DNA of 64,000 nucleotides, taken from NCBI GenBank assembly GCA_025360225.1, contig JANYCN010000077.1, positions 12,232 through 76,231 on the forward strand, given 5' to 3'. Below are positions 36,759 to 48,736 of this stretch, piece after piece. The stretch's first letter is position 1. The number at the start of each line of letters is the position of its first letter. Source of the DNA: Actinomycetes bacterium (GTDB taxonomy: Bacteria > Actinomycetota > Thermoleophilia > Gaiellales > F1-60-MAGs149). Below the pieces are notes generated by a model. That model searched no databases. It saw only the letters and a program-made list of their open reading frames with translations, and was not told where the DNA came from. A program made the position numbers and the translations under genes.

Positions 36759-37256
36759 GTGGATGTCCTCGTTCTCATTGACAAGCTCGACTCCCTGGTT
36801 GACCAGGCGAAGGCCGTTCCGCTCACCGACCAGGTGCGGATCGATCGCGAGGAGATCTACGAGATCCTCGACCAGATGCGCCACTCGATCCCAGACGAGA
36901 TCAAGCAGGCGCGGTGGATCGTCAAGGAACGCCAGGAGATGCTCGGCGAGGCGAAGCGTGAGGCTGAACGCATCGTCCAGGAGGCGCGCGACATCGCCCA
37001 ACGCGAGGCGTCGCAGCAGGAGATCGTGCGGCTCGCTGAACGGCAGGCAACGCAGATCCTCGACGCGGCGAAGCAGCGCGAGCGCGAGGTCAGGCTCGGC
37101 GCCGAGGACTACGCCGACCAGATTCTCGCGACGCTTGAGACGAACCTCGGCAAGTTCCTCTCGGCTGTCCAGCGCGGGCGTGAGCAGCTCGCGCAGGGTC
37201 GCCACGACCTCGGGCCGACCGGCACCACCGGCGGCTTCGACATCCCGACCAGGTAG
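36759..37256 (+). CDS. coiled-coil protein (ATP synthase b-like / DivIVA-like), function unknown
   Basis: Charged heptad-like sequence (EAKREAERIVQEARDIAQREASQQEIVRLAERQATQILDAAKQRE). Conserved position between coaD and yceD. Confidence 0.6.
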   Translation: MDVLVLIDKLDSLVDQAKAVPLTDQVRIDREEIYEILDQMRHSIPDEIKQARWIVKERQEMLGEAKREAERIVQEARDIAQREASQQEIVRLAERQATQILDAAKQREREVRLGAEDYADQILATLETNLGKFLSAVQRGREQLAQGRHDLGPTGTTGGFDIPTR

Positions 37257-37260
37257 CCAC

Positions 37261-37767
37261 GTGTTCGATCTGCGCTCCGTCACGATCGGGGCTGGCGAGC
37301 AACACCACGAGGCGCTCCCGGTCGCGATCGCACCGTTCACGATCGGCCTTGAGCCGTACGCCGCCGAGCCGGCGAACGTCGTCGCTGACTTCGCCTTCAC
37401 GCGACTACGGAACGGCTGGGTGTTCGACGCCGCGTTCGCGGTCTCGATCCACGGCTCGTGTCACCGCTGTCTCGGGCCGGCGGTGACCGACATCGCGCTT
37501 GAGACGAGCGAGTTTCACGCTTTCCGGCCGGATCCCGGCGCCGAGGCGGAGATGACGTGCGAGTTCCTGCATGACGAGGCGCTTGACACGGATGCTCTTG
37601 CGAGCGCCGCCGTCGTGCTGGCGATGCCAGTACGTGTTCTCTGCCGCGAGAGCTGCGCGGGACTGTGCTCGGGCTGCGGCGCCGACCTGAACATCGGACA
37701 GTGCTCGTGCCCGCCGCCTGAGCCCGATCCGCGCTGGGCTGGCCTCGCGGAGCTCGACACCGGGTAG
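37261..37767 (+). CDS. yceD: YceD/DUF177 family protein (large-subunit rRNA accumulation protein)
   Basis: C-terminal CRESCAGLCSGCGADLNIGQCSC. Immediately upstream of rpmF. GTG 37261; the track ORF from 36754 is an out-of-context extension. Confidence 0.8.
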   Translation: MFDLRSVTIGAGEQHHEALPVAIAPFTIGLEPYAAEPANVVADFAFTRLRNGWVFDAAFAVSIHGSCHRCLGPAVTDIALETSEFHAFRPDPGAEAEMTCEFLHDEALDTDALASAAVVLAMPVRVLCRESCAGLCSGCGADLNIGQCSCPPPEPDPRWAGLAELDTG

Positions 37768-37872
37768 CACGCGCTACCGTGGCCCTCCTTCGTTGGCGTG
37801 CGTTATGCTCTGACGGCACGCGGGCGCTCGCCCGCTTCTCGTGCGTAACGACTCCGAACGAGGATCGACCCG

Positions 37873-38058
37873 ATGGCCGTCCCGAAGCGTAAGACATCAA
37901 AGTCCCGGCGTGATCGTCGCCGCCAGCAGCACGGCATCACGATCGTCGGCTCGGTGGCCTGCACGCGTTGCCATGCGCCGAAGCTCGCGCATCGCATCTG
38001 CCTGACCTGCGGCACGTACCGTGACCGCACGTACGAGGCTGCGACCCCCGCAGGCTGA
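37873..38058 (+). CDS. rpmF: 50S ribosomal protein L32
   Basis: MAVPKRKTSKSRRDRRR..CTRCHAPKLAHRICLTCG. Confidence 0.92.
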   Translation: MAVPKRKTSKSRRDRRRQQHGITIVGSVACTRCHAPKLAHRICLTCGTYRDRTYEAATPAG

Positions 38059-38074
38059 GCGAGCCTCCTCCGGC

Positions 38075-39067
38075 ATGACAGCAGTCACTGTCGCGCTCGA
38101 CGCGATGGGCGGCGACCGCGCCCCTGCCGAGATCTGCGCTGGCGCGGCGGCAGCCGTCGAGCCGGGCGTCCTTGAGGTGCTCCTGTTCGGCGACGAGCAA
38201 GCGATCCGCTCTGCGTTCGGCGGCCGCGTCCCGACGGGGGTGACGGTCGAGCACACGAGCGAGGTGATCGACTTCGAGGAGGATCCAGCGGTCGCCGTTC
38301 GGGCGAAGCCTGACTCCTCGCTCGTTGCGACCTGCCGCGCGGTGCGTGACGGGCGGGCTGCCGCTGCCGTCTCCGCCGGCTCGACCGGTGCGATGGTGAC
38401 GGCGTCCACCGTGACGATCCGCCGTCTGCCTGGCGTGGTGCGGCCCGCGCTCGCGAGCGTGTTCCCGTCGGCCGGCGGCCCGCTGACGGTGCTTGACTGC
38501 GGTGCCAACGCTGACTGCACCGCCGAGATGCTCGTCCAGTTCGCCCACATGGGATCGTGCTTCGCTGCTGACGTTCTCGGCGTTGACGACCCGACGGTCG
38601 GGCTCCTGACGATCGGCGAGGAGCCGGGGAAGGGCAACCAGCTCGCCCGCGACGCCTACGGTCTGCTGGCAGCGACGCCGGGTCTCCGGTTCGTCGGCAA
38701 CGTCGAGGGCCGCGACCTTCTGGGCGACAAGGTGAACGTGATCGTCACGGATGGGTTCACGGGAAACGTCGCCCTGAAGACCGCGGAAGGCACGGCGCGT
38801 GAGATGGCAAAACAGATCCGAGCGGCGGCGATGGGAAGCCCGGTGTCGATGGTTGGTGGGTTGCTCATGCGGGGCGCGACACGAAAGGTGAAGCGACGCT
38901 TCGACCCGGAGACCTACGGCGGTGCATTCCTGCTCGGGCTGTCGGGGATCTCCGTCGTCGGTCACGGCTCATCGTCGCGCGTCGCCGTCGCGAACGCCTG
39001 CCGCCTCGCGGCGGAGGGCGTGCGGCACGACATCTGCGGGCACGTCGCGGCGCGGCTCGCGCGCTGA
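38075..39067 (+). CDS. plsX: phosphate acyltransferase PlsX
   Basis: VALDAMGGDRAP, SAGSTGA, DGFTGNVALK motifs. ATG 38075 chosen to avoid overlap with rpmF. Confidence 0.9.
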   Translation: MTAVTVALDAMGGDRAPAEICAGAAAAVEPGVLEVLLFGDEQAIRSAFGGRVPTGVTVEHTSEVIDFEEDPAVAVRAKPDSSLVATCRAVRDGRAAAAVSAGSTGAMVTASTVTIRRLPGVVRPALASVFPSAGGPLTVLDCGANADCTAEMLVQFAHMGSCFAADVLGVDDPTVGLLTIGEEPGKGNQLARDAYGLLAATPGLRFVGNVEGRDLLGDKVNVIVTDGFTGNVALKTAEGTAREMAKQIRAAAMGSPVSMVGGLLMRGATRKVKRRFDPETYGGAFLLGLSGISVVGHGSSSRVAVANACRLAAEGVRHDICGHVAARLAR

Positions 39068-39115
39068 CCGGGGAGCGCTCTGCTACATTCGGCCGCCAGA
39101 CAGTTCATCGAACGC

Positions 39116-39373
39116 ATGGAGGGTGCATTGGCCAGTCGCGAAGAGGTCTACGAGCAGATCAAGGAGATTCTCGTCGAGCGTCTCGACGTCGACGAGGCGG
39201 ACGTCAGCATGGAGGCGTCGCTGCGCGACGATCTCAAGGCCGACTCGCTCGACCTGGTCGAGCTGATCATGGACCTTGAGGAGCGCTTCGGCGTGAAGAT
39301 CTCCGACGAGGAAGCGCAGGCGATCGGCACCGTCGGCGATGCCGTCAACCACATCGCCGAGCGCGCTGCCTGA
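39116..39373 (+). CDS. acpP: acyl carrier protein
   Basis: [21 protein letters not shown] (phosphopantetheine Ser in DSL). Confidence 0.92.
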   Translation: MEGALASREEVYEQIKEILVERLDVDEADVSMEASLRDDLKADSLDLVELIMDLEERFGVKISDEEAQAIGTVGDAVNHIAERAA

Positions 39374-40049
39374 CCTGCTGTCGCTGATCGACGCGCTCTC
39401 GCCCGCGCGGCGTGAGCGCGTCTTTCGGCACAGCTCGTGGCCCGGGCCTCGGGTCGACTCGTACGAGCGCCTCGAGTTCCTCGGGGACGCCGTCCTCGGC
39501 CTGGCGATCGCCGACGAGCTGTGCCGCCGCTTCCCGGATGCAGCCGAGGGCGTGCTCGCGCGCCAGCGTGCTCAGGTCGTCTCGCGGGCTAGCTGCGCGC
39601 GCGTGGCCGGCGAGCTGCGTCTCGGGCAGCGTCTCGTGGCGCTCGGCGACGAGCTCGGCCGCGACGACGCGGGCCTCCTGGCGGCCCAGGGGAGCGTGCT
39701 GGCGGCGCTCGTCGAGTCGGCGATCGGCGCGATCTTCCTGACCGTCGGCTTCGCGAGCACCGCCATCGCGGTCGTCGCGGCCTTCACCTCGCCGCTCGCC
39801 GAGGCCGCCTCGGGCACCGTCGACCACAAGACGACGTTGCAGGAGATCGTGCAACGTCAGGGCCGTTCCGTACGATACGCAGTCGTGAGCGACATCGGCC
39901 CTCCGCACGCACGACAGTTCACCTCCGCCGCCCTCGTCGGTGACCGCGAGCTCGGCCGTGGCGTCGGCGTGTCGAAGAAGGCGTCAGAGCAGTCTGCTGC
40001 GCGTGCCGCGCTCGACACGGTGAACACGGGGGACACGTCATGCACTTGA
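39339..40049 (+). CDS. rnc: ribonuclease III
   Basis: Signature [19 protein letters not shown] plus a C-terminal dsRBD (KTTLQEIVQ...[14 protein letters not shown]). The start overlaps acpP by 35 nt and is uncertain. Confidence 0.88.
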   Translation: MPSTTSPSALPDLLSLIDALSPARRERVFRHSSWPGPRVDSYERLEFLGDAVLGLAIADELCRRFPDAAEGVLARQRAQVVSRASCARVAGELRLGQRLVALGDELGRDDAGLLAAQGSVLAALVESAIGAIFLTVGFASTAIAVVAAFTSPLAEAASGTVDHKTTLQEIVQRQGRSVRYAVVSDIGPPHARQFTSAALVGDRELGRGVGVSKKASEQSAARAALDTVNTGDTSCT

Positions 40050-43000
40050 GGTCGCTTCGTCTGCGGGGGTTCAAGAGCTTCGCCGAGCCCGTCGAGCTGC
40101 TGTTCGAGCCGGGCGTGTCCGTGATCGTCGGCCCGAACGGGTCAGGCAAGTCGAACGTCGCCGAGGCGCTGCAGTGGGCGATGGCGAGCCAGCCGCCGAG
40201 CGAGCTGCGCCTCGACGTTGCTGTCGACGTGCTGTTCAACGGGTCGACACGCCGCCAGCCGTCGGGGCTGTGCGAGGTCGAGCTGGTCCTCGACAACGAG
40301 GACGACACGGTCGCCGGTGGTCGGCCGGAGGTCTCGGTGATGCGCCGCCTGCGACGGGACGGCGAGTCGACCTACCTCCTCAACCGCGTGCCGGTGCGTC
40401 GACTGGACGTGCAGGAGACGCTCGCCGACGCCGGCCTTGGTCGTGAGCTGCACGCGATCGTCTCCCAGGGGCGCGTGGAGGCGATCCTCCTCTCGCGCCC
40501 CGAGGACCGGCGCGGGTTCATCGAGGAGGCTGCCGGGCTCGGCAAGTACAAGCGCCGACGCCATCGCGCGCTCGGCAAGCTCGCGCGTGTCGAGGCGAAC
40601 CTCGGGCGTGCCCGCGACCTCGAGAGCGAGCTGAAGGCGCGGCTTCGTCCGCTCGCGTTGCAGGCCTCAGCCGCCGAGCGCGCTGCCGCGCTCGTGGGCG
40701 AGATCGACGCCGCGCGGGTCGAGCTGTTCACCTCCCAGATCGCGACGAGCCGGCGGGTGCGGGCGCGCATCGCCGGTGACCTCGAAGGTGCTTCCGCCGA
40801 GCGCGCGCGGGTCGATCGCCTCCTGGGCGAGGTCGCGGCGCTGAGGGAGCGAACGGAGGGCGAGCTGACGGGGTTGGTCGGCGAGCAGGAGCGCGCATCT
40901 GAGCGCTACTGGGCGCTCGCGTCGGGGCTTGATCGCCTGACCGGGCGTCGTGGCGCGATTGCCGAACGGCTTGAGGGACTGCATGACGACGCTGGTCGGC
41001 TCGCCGGGCGGGCGTCGCGTCTGGCCGCGGAGGCGGCGGCAACGGCGGAAGGCGTCAGCCGTGCCGAGTCTGAGCTCGAAGCGCTCGCCGCGCAGGCCTC
41101 GACGATCGCCGATCCGGCGGAAGATGCGGAGCTTGCCCGGTTGCAGGCCGGCGTGCGTGACGCGCTCGATGCCGCGCTCGCCGCACGCCGCGAGCTTGCC
41201 GAGACCGACGGTCGATCTGCCCGGGCACGCCACGAGGTCGAGGACGCAGGCACGCGTGCGACCGCCGCGGCCGCGCGTGCGACGGCGATCGAAGGCGAGG
41301 TTCAGGGGCGCCGGGTCGCGCGCGCCGGGCTGGATGCTGCGCTGAAGGCCGCCGATGACGCTGCGGAGACGGCGACCGCGCGGCTCGCCGCTGCCCACGA
41401 GTCGCTCGCTGTCGCCCGAGCTGGCGCGGATGCTGCGCGCGAGGTCGAGCGTGCTTCCCGCGGTGCCCGCAGCGAGACGGCTGCCGCGCTTCAGGCAGCT
41501 CGCGTCCGGTCGGCCGCTGCCGAGCGGTCGCTGTCTCGAGCCGACGGGCTTGGGCCGGCGGTTAGACGCCTCCGCGAGCGAGGGGTGACGGCCGCGCTCG
41601 ATCTCGTCGCCGTTCCGGTGGGACTGGAAGCGGCGGTCGCCGCCGCGCTCGGCTGGCGCGCTGGCGAGGCGGTTGCGGCGGTGGCGGGCGAGGCAGTCGA
41701 GCTGCTTGCGGATGACGAGCTGTCGGGGGCAGCCCTGCTCTGCCTCGATCGTCTTCCCGCGCGTCGCTCACCCGCCGCAGGCGTGCCGTTGAGCGACCTC
41801 GTGTCGCTTGCGGATGGCGCACCGGACGGGCTTCTCGATGGGATCCACGTCGTGGACGACGCGCTCGAGCTCGCGACGATCGAGCACGGCATCGCCGTGA
41901 CGCGGGACGGCCGTGGCTTCGACGCTGACCGCGGCCAAGCGTTCCGTGTTGGCGCGGCCGGTGCCAACCTCCTGTCGCTCCGGCGCGAACGGGACGATGC
42001 CAGCGAGGCGGTCACCGTCACGTCCGGCGTCGCCACGAGCGCGGAGCTGGCGTTCGCCGGCGCCGCTCAAGCGTTGACGGCTGCTGAGGAGGGTGAGCGG
42101 GCGACGCGCGTTGGCGTGCAGGAGTGCTCGCGGGCGGTCGACGAGGCAGCCCGGCGATCGCGCGAGGCTGCGCGGCTGGCGGACGGTGCGGCACGGGACG
42201 ACGAGCGTAGCGCTGAGCGCCTCGCTGCGGCGCGTGAGGAGGAGGAGCGGTTGCGGCGGCGCGCAGGCGCGGCGACGGAGGAGCTGGCGGCGCTCGTCGA
42301 ACGCCGCGGCGACCTCGAACGTCTCGCGGTCGAACGCAGCTCGGCGCACGGCTCGCTCGACGCCGAGCGTGGCCTCCTTGCGGAGCGGGTCGCGGCCCGG
42401 CGCGCCGACCTCGCGATGGCGAACGAGCGGATCGACCGTGCGCGTGCCGACCGGAGCCGGCTTGCTGCCAGCAACGAGCGGCTCGTTGCGCAGGCGGCCT
42501 CGGCGGCTTCGCGCCGGGCGCTGCTCGCCTCGCTCGTCGAGCTGCTGCCCTCCACGCTGGCCGCCCTCGACGCTGCTGCGACCCGGGTCGACGAGCTTCG
42601 TGCGCCGGAGAAGGCCCGGCTCGACTCGCTTGAGCAACGCGCTGCGGCGCTTGCGTCGGCGCTCGGCACGGGAGCGGAGCGCGAGCAGGCCCTCCAGCGC
42701 ACCGCGCGCGAGGTCGCGGCGTCTGCCACGACGCTCGAGGTTGAGGGGGCGCACGCCGAGGAGCGCCTCGCTGACCTCGTCCGTCGACGTCGCGAGGTCA
42801 CCGAGCGCAGCGGCATCGAGCCGCTTGACCGGGTCGAGCCCCTGCCGGATGACGAGGAGTCAGCGCTCGGCGGACGCATCGAGCGGCTCGAGCGCCGGCG
42901 CGAGCAGCTCGGTGCCGTGAACCCGCTTGCAAAGCAGGAGTACGACGAGGCGCGCGAGCGCCACCAGGAGACGGCGGTGCAGATTGCCGACCTCGAGGGC

Positions 43001-43558
43001 GCCGTCCGCGAGCTGCGCAAGCTGATCCGCGAGCTCTCGGCGACGATTGCAGAGCGTTTCGCGGAGACCTACGCACAGGTCGAGGCAAACTTCGGCGAGA
43101 TCGTCGACGCGTTGTTCCCCGGTGGGCGCGGTCGGCTGACGCTGGTCGAGCCTGATCCCGACCCCGAGGCGTCCGGGCCTCGGGAGCCGGGTGTGGAGCT
43201 CGAGATCTCCCCTGCTGGCAAGCAGATCTCGCGGTTGGCGATCCTCTCCGGCGGTGAGAAGGCGCTCGCCGCGATCGCCTTCCTGTTCGCGATCATGCTG
43301 GCGAAGCCGTCGCCGTTCTACGTCCTCGACGAGGTCGATGCGGCACTTGACGACGCGAACGTCGAGCGCTTCCTCGCCGTGCTCGAGCGGTTCCGCCACC
43401 ACGCACAGTTCATCGTGATCACGCACCAGAAGCGCACCATGGAGGCAGCTGACGTGCTCTACGGCGTGACGATGGCGAACGATGGGATCTCCAAGGTCGT
43501 CTCGCGGCGGCTCCCGCGCGAGGCGGGCGAGCGCACCCTCCTGCTCGATCGCGGCTAG
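40040..43558 (+). CDS. smc: chromosome segregation protein SMC
   Basis: Walker A GPNGSGKSN, long Ala/Glu/Arg coiled coils, signature LSGGEKALAAIAFLFA, Walker B FYVLDEVDAALD. Confidence 0.93.
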   Translation: MHLRSLRLRGFKSFAEPVELLFEPGVSVIVGPNGSGKSNVAEALQWAMASQPPSELRLDVAVDVLFNGSTRRQPSGLCEVELVLDNEDDTVAGGRPEVSVMRRLRRDGESTYLLNRVPVRRLDVQETLADAGLGRELHAIVSQGRVEAILLSRPEDRRGFIEEAAGLGKYKRRRHRALGKLARVEANLGRARDLESELKARLRPLALQASAAERAAALVGEIDAARVELFTSQIATSRRVRARIAGDLEGASAERARVDRLLGEVAALRERTEGELTGLVGEQERASERYWALASGLDRLTGRRGAIAERLEGLHDDAGRLAGRASRLAAEAAATAEGVSRAESELEALAAQASTIADPAEDAELARLQAGVRDALDAALAARRELAETDGRSARARHEVEDAGTRATAAAARATAIEGEVQGRRVARAGLDAALKAADDAAETATARLAAAHESLAVARAGADAAREVERASRGARSETAAALQAARVRSAAAERSLSRADGLGPAVRRLRERGVTAALDLVAVPVGLEAAVAAALGWRAGEAVAAVAGEAVELLADDELSGAALLCLDRLPARRSPAAGVPLSDLVSLADGAPDGLLDGIHVVDDALELATIEHGIAVTRDGRGFDADRGQAFRVGAAGANLLSLRRERDDASEAVTVTSGVATSAELAFAGAAQALTAAEEGERATRVGVQECSRAVDEAARRSREAARLADGAARDDERSAERLAAAREEEERLRRRAGAATEELAALVERRGDLERLAVERSSAHGSLDAERGLLAERVAARRADLAMANERIDRARADRSRLAASNERLVAQAASAASRRALLASLVELLPSTLAALDAAATRVDELRAPEKARLDSLEQRAAALASALGTGAEREQALQRTAREVAASATTLEVEGAHAEERLADLVRRRREVTERSGIEPLDRVEPLPDDEESALGGRIERLERRREQLGAVNPLAKQEYDEARERHQETAVQIADLEGAVRELRKLIRELSATIAERFAETYAQVEANFGEIVDALFPGGRGRLTLVEPDPDPEASGPREPGVELEISPAGKQISRLAILSGGEKALAAIAFLFAIMLAKPSPFYVLDEVDAALDDANVERFLAVLERFRHHAQFIVITHQKRTMEAADVLYGVTMANDGISKVVSRRLPREAGERTLLLDRG

Positions 43559-43564
43559 CGCGCC

Positions 43565-44545
43565 GTGGACTACTCGACGATGTTCCTCGGCCTTGAGCCG
43601 GGCGCGGCGGTGCCCGAGGCGGACGAGCCCGAGCGCCGGCCGGGCCTGTTTCGACGCCTCGCGGAGAACCTGTCGCGCAGCCGCAAGGCGATGGCCGCTC
43701 AGATCCAGGCGATCGCGTTCGACCCCGCGGACGACAGCGTGTGGGAGGAGCTTGAGGAGGCGTTGCTCCTCGCCGATTGCGGCGTTCCCGCCACCGTCGA
43801 GATCATCGGCCGGCTCGAACGAGAGGCGACTGCCGGTGGCCTGCGGACGTCGCAGGAGCTGCTCGCGGCGATCGAGCGGATCGTCGCCTCGCTGCTCGCC
43901 GGGAGCGAGTCACGCATCGACCTCGCTGCGCGCCCGACGATCGTGTTGATGGTAGGCGTGAACGGCGCCGGCAAGACGACGACGGTGGGCAAACTGGCAG
44001 AACACGCCCGACGCGCTGGCGTCTCCGTCGTCGTCGGCGCCGCCGACACGTTCCGCGCCGCGGCGGGCGAGCAGCTTGAGACGTGGGCCGAGCGGGCTGG
44101 CGCGGACTTCGTCGGCTCAACGCGTGGACAGGATCCGGCGGCGGTTGCCTACGACGCCGTCTCGGCGGCCGTCGCGCGCGGCAAGGGCGTCGCGATCATC
44201 GACACGGCCGGTCGCCTCCACACCCAAGGCGGGTTGATGGACGAGCTGACGAAGGTGCGACGCGTCATCGCCACGCGCCTTGCTGGCGCGCCCCACGAGA
44301 CGCTGCTCGTCGTCGACGCGACGACGGGTCAGAACGGCCTCCAACAGGCGCGTCTGTTCGGCGCCGCGGTGCCGCTCACCGGCATCGTCCTGACCAAGCT
44401 CGACGGCACCGCGAAAGGCGGGATCGCGATCGCGATCGCCCACGAGCTCGGGCTCCCGATCAAGCTGATCGGCGTCGGCGAGACGTTGGACGACCTCCGC
44501 CCGTTCGCTGCCGCCGAGTTCGCCGCTGCGCTGTTTGGCCGGTAG
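43565..44545 (+). CDS. ftsY: signal recognition particle receptor FtsY
   Basis: GVNGAGKTTT, DTAGRLH, TKLDGTAKGG. Confidence 0.92.
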   Translation: MDYSTMFLGLEPGAAVPEADEPERRPGLFRRLAENLSRSRKAMAAQIQAIAFDPADDSVWEELEEALLLADCGVPATVEIIGRLEREATAGGLRTSQELLAAIERIVASLLAGSESRIDLAARPTIVLMVGVNGAGKTTTVGKLAEHARRAGVSVVVGAADTFRAAAGEQLETWAERAGADFVGSTRGQDPAAVAYDAVSAAVARGKGVAIIDTAGRLHTQGGLMDELTKVRRVIATRLAGAPHETLLVVDATTGQNGLQQARLFGAAVPLTGIVLTKLDGTAKGGIAIAIAHELGLPIKLIGVGETLDDLRPFAAAEFAAALFGR

Positions 44546-44563
44546 CGTCGGCGGCGGGCTGAC

Positions 44564-45211
44564 CTACCGGAACATGTCCGGGTACAGGCGAAGGCACAGC
44601 TCCTTCGCCTTGCCGTGCGGCGCCGGCACGAGCTTGCCGGGGTAGAGCGTGCGGAGCTCCGTGTCGACGTCGGAGAGGAACCGTGCGGCCGCCTGGCGCT
44701 TTGCCTCGACCTCGAGTCGAGGTTCAGGCTTACCAACCGGGAACGTGACGCGGTCCCATGCTAGCTCGAGGCGGTGCAGGCCCTGCACGTAGAGGTGCGA
44801 GCTGCGGCGGTTCTTCAGCTCGCCGATGATCTCAAGCTCGGCGTCCTCGCCGATACCACCGGCCGGACCGACGAGATCCCACAGGTGGTAGCGCCGGAGG
44901 GTCGCGATGATCTCGCTCGGGTCGTCCGGGACGTGGTCGATCGGCACCTCGACCTCCTGGCGCTGGCGCGCACCGTCCTCGCGTCGCTCGCTCGGGCCCT
45001 TCCAGGTGAGGATCGGGTGGGGGAGGTTTGACTGGCGGCGCACCCTGAGGGACGAGCCTGCCCGCCGCAGCGTCAGGTCGTGGGTGTCCCAGAACGCGTC
45101 GACGATCTCGAACGTCAGCGACTCGGCGAGGGCGAAGCCGGCGAGCTCGGCCGGCACCATCATCGCGTCGTTTGAGCGGTACAGGTACTGAAGCTCGATC
45201 TCCACGCCCAC
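44564..45211 (-). CDS. CYTH domain protein (CyaB/ThTPase-like)
   Basis: N-terminal VGVEIELQYL (an ExExK-like box with Gln in place of Lys), later EVEVP and RLEVEAK beta-strand acidic pattern. Start set at GTG 45211 (or 45205); the longer track ORF overlaps ffh. Confidence 0.6.
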   Translation of the reverse strand: MGVEIELQYLYRSNDAMMVPAELAGFALAESLTFEIVDAFWDTHDLTLRRAGSSLRVRRQSNLPHPILTWKGPSERREDGARQRQEVEVPIDHVPDDPSEIIATLRRYHLWDLVGPAGGIGEDAELEIIGELKNRRSSHLYVQGLHRLELAWDRVTFPVGKPEPRLEVEAKRQAAARFLSDVDTELRTLYPGKLVPAPHGKAKELCLRLYPDMFR

Positions 45212-45245
45212 ATTGGAGCACGTCGGGTACCCTTCACGCTCCGCG

Positions 45246-46607
<1,362 letters not shown>

Positions 46608-46612
46608 CGCAC

Positions 46613-46852
46613 GTGGTGAAGTTGCGACTGGCCCGGTTCGGGTCGAAGAAGAACCCGATCTACCGCATCGCGGTGGCCGACTCGCGCTCGCCGCGTGACG
46701 GCAGCGTGATCGAGTACATCGGCCGCTACAACCCGCAGACGACGCCGTCGGTGATGGAGATCGACGCGGAGCGTGCGAAGCACTGGCTCGCCAACGGCGC
46801 GCAGCCGTCCGCGCCTGTTCGTCGCATGCTGCAGAAGAAGGGCGTCATCTGA
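46613..46852 (+). CDS. rpsP: 30S ribosomal protein S16
   Basis: [29 protein letters not shown]. Confidence 0.92.
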   Translation: MVKLRLARFGSKKNPIYRIAVADSRSPRDGSVIEYIGRYNPQTTPSVMEIDAERAKHWLANGAQPSAPVRRMLQKKGVI

Positions 46853-46854
46853 CC

Positions 46855-47115
46855 GTGTCCGACGCCGTCGTGTTGCCGAACGACCCGCGCTCGCTCTGCG
46901 AGTTCCTCGTCCGACGCCTCGTCGACGAACCGGACGCGGTGTCGGTGACGCAGGAGGCTGGCGACGGCGGGCCGGTGCTACGGATCGCCGTCGCGGCAGA
47001 CGACCGCGGCAAGGTGATCGGTCGCCAGGGGCGCGTCGTTCGCGCCCTGCGTACCGTCGTGCGCGCGGGAGGGGCACGCTCGAACGAGCGCGTCACCCTC
47101 GAGATCGTCGAGTAG
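46855..47115 (+). CDS. KH domain RNA-binding protein (YlqC/UPF0109)
   Basis: DDRGKVIGRQGRVVRALRTV (GxxG KH loop). Conserved rpsP-KH-rimM order. Confidence 0.85.
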   Translation: MSDAVVLPNDPRSLCEFLVRRLVDEPDAVSVTQEAGDGGPVLRIAVAADDRGKVIGRQGRVVRALRTVVRAGGARSNERVTLEIVE

Positions 47116-47119
47116 CGCC

Positions 47120-47635
47120 GTGGGCGAGGTCGCACCCTGGCGTCCGGCGCGGGTGCGGGTCGGCACCGTTGGCAAGGCGCACGGGCTGGATGGAACGTTC
47201 CTCGTCTCCTCGCCCTGCGGCTGGTACTCGTTCCGGACCGGCTCGACGGTGCTCGTCGACGGCCTCCCGCGGCGGGTCAGACGGCGCGCCGGAACCGATG
47301 AGCGCCCCCTCGTGGCGTTCGACGGTGACGATGCTCGCGAGGCAGCAGACGCGATCCGCGGACAGGCGCTCGAGGTGTCGCGCGAGGCGCTACCAGCGCC
47401 GGAGCCTGACAGCTACTTCCGCTTCGACCTCGTTGGCTGCACCGCACGTCAGGGCGCGGTGCCCGTTGGTGTGGTGGTCAACGTCGAGGATGGCGTCGCG
47501 CACGACGTGCTCGTGCTCGACACCGGGGTGAGGCTCCCGTTCGTGTGCGCCGTCGTTCCCGCCGTCGACGTCGCGGGCCGGACGATCGAGATCGATCGCG
47601 AACTGGTGCTCGGCGAGCGCGATGCTGCCGATTGA
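47120..47635 (+). CDS. rimM: 16S rRNA processing protein RimM
   Basis: [15 protein letters not shown]-terminus and PRC-barrel C-terminus; conserved position. Confidence 0.85.
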   Translation: MGEVAPWRPARVRVGTVGKAHGLDGTFLVSSPCGWYSFRTGSTVLVDGLPRRVRRRAGTDERPLVAFDGDDAREAADAIRGQALEVSREALPAPEPDSYFRFDLVGCTARQGAVPVGVVVNVEDGVAHDVLVLDTGVRLPFVCAVVPAVDVAGRTIEIDRELVLGERDAAD

Positions 47636-48362
47636 CGTGTTCACGCTGTTCCCGAGCTGGTTCGCGTGGCTCACGGAGGAGCGGCACGTGGCAAACGTGC
47701 TCGGGTCGCAGCTGACGCTGTCCCTGCATGCCCTTCGTGACAGCTCGCCGGTGCGTCACCGCGCCGTCGATGACACGCCGTACGGCGGCGGTGCGGGGAT
47801 GCTGCTGCGGGTCGACGTGATCGTTGCTGCGCTGGAGGCCGCGTTCGGTGCCCCGGTCGAGCAGGTCCGCGCGCAGCGCCGGGTGATCGCCCTCGACCCG
47901 GGCGGACGGCGGTTCGACGACGGGTACGCGCGCGAGCTCGCGGCATCGGAGGGCTTCGCGCTCCTCTGCGGGCGCTACGAGGGCTTCGACGGTCGCGTCC
48001 TCGAGCACGTCGCGACCGAGGCGCTCTCGCTCGGACCCTACGTCCTCTCCGGCGGAGAGCCGGCGGCGATGGTCGTGATCGACGCGGTCGTGCGGCACCT
48101 GCCGGGTGCGCTCGGCGCCGAGCAGTCGGCCCACCTCGACTCGTTCTCGCCCGGCCTCGACGGTCGACTCGAGCACCCTCACTACACCCGACCGGAGACC
48201 TTCCGTGGCTGGTCAGTGCCCCCGGTCCTGCTCTCAGGCGACCATGGGGCGATCGCTCGCTGGCGCGAGGCGCAATCGGTCCTGCGCACAGAAGCGGCGA
48301 GCGACCCGCAACGAGCCGCTAGCATGCGAAGTCCAGACGTTCGAACGATTGGTTCGCCATGA
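47622..48362 (+). CDS. trmD: tRNA (guanine37-N1)-methyltransferase
   Basis: [36 protein letters not shown]. Confidence 0.92.
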   Translation: MLPIDVFTLFPSWFAWLTEERHVANVLGSQLTLSLHALRDSSPVRHRAVDDTPYGGGAGMLLRVDVIVAALEAAFGAPVEQVRAQRRVIALDPGGRRFDDGYARELAASEGFALLCGRYEGFDGRVLEHVATEALSLGPYVLSGGEPAAMVVIDAVVRHLPGALGAEQSAHLDSFSPGLDGRLEHPHYTRPETFRGWSVPPVLLSGDHGAIARWREAQSVLRTEAASDPQRAASMRSPDVRTIGSP

Positions 48363-48703
48363 GCACCATCATCCGTGACATCGAGCAGATGCAGCTCCGT
48401 GAGATCCCCGCGTTCAAGGCGGGCGACACGGTTCAGGTTCACTTCCGCGTGATCGAGGGCAGTCGCCAGCGCGTGCAGGTGTTCGAGGGTATCGTCATCA
48501 AGCGCCAGGGTCACGGCGTACGTGAGACGTTCACGGTGCGCAAGCAGTCGTTCGGCGTTGGCGTCGAGCGCACGTTCCCCGTCCACTCGCCGAAGATCGA
48601 CAAGATCGTCGTCGGCGCGATCGGCGACGTGAGCCGCGCGAAGCTGTACTACCTGCGTGACAAGGTGGGCAAGAAGGCGCGCGTCCGCGAGAAGCAGCGC
48701 TGA
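48359..48703 (+). CDS. rplS: 50S ribosomal protein L19
   Basis: [35 protein letters not shown] overlap with trmD. Confidence 0.93.
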   Translation: MSTIIRDIEQMQLREIPAFKAGDTVQVHFRVIEGSRQRVQVFEGIVIKRQGHGVRETFTVRKQSFGVGVERTFPVHSPKIDKIVVGAIGDVSRAKLYYLRDKVGKKARVREKQR

Positions 48704-48736
48704 CCGATCGCGGCGCTGGTCGGGTAGGCTGAGGTC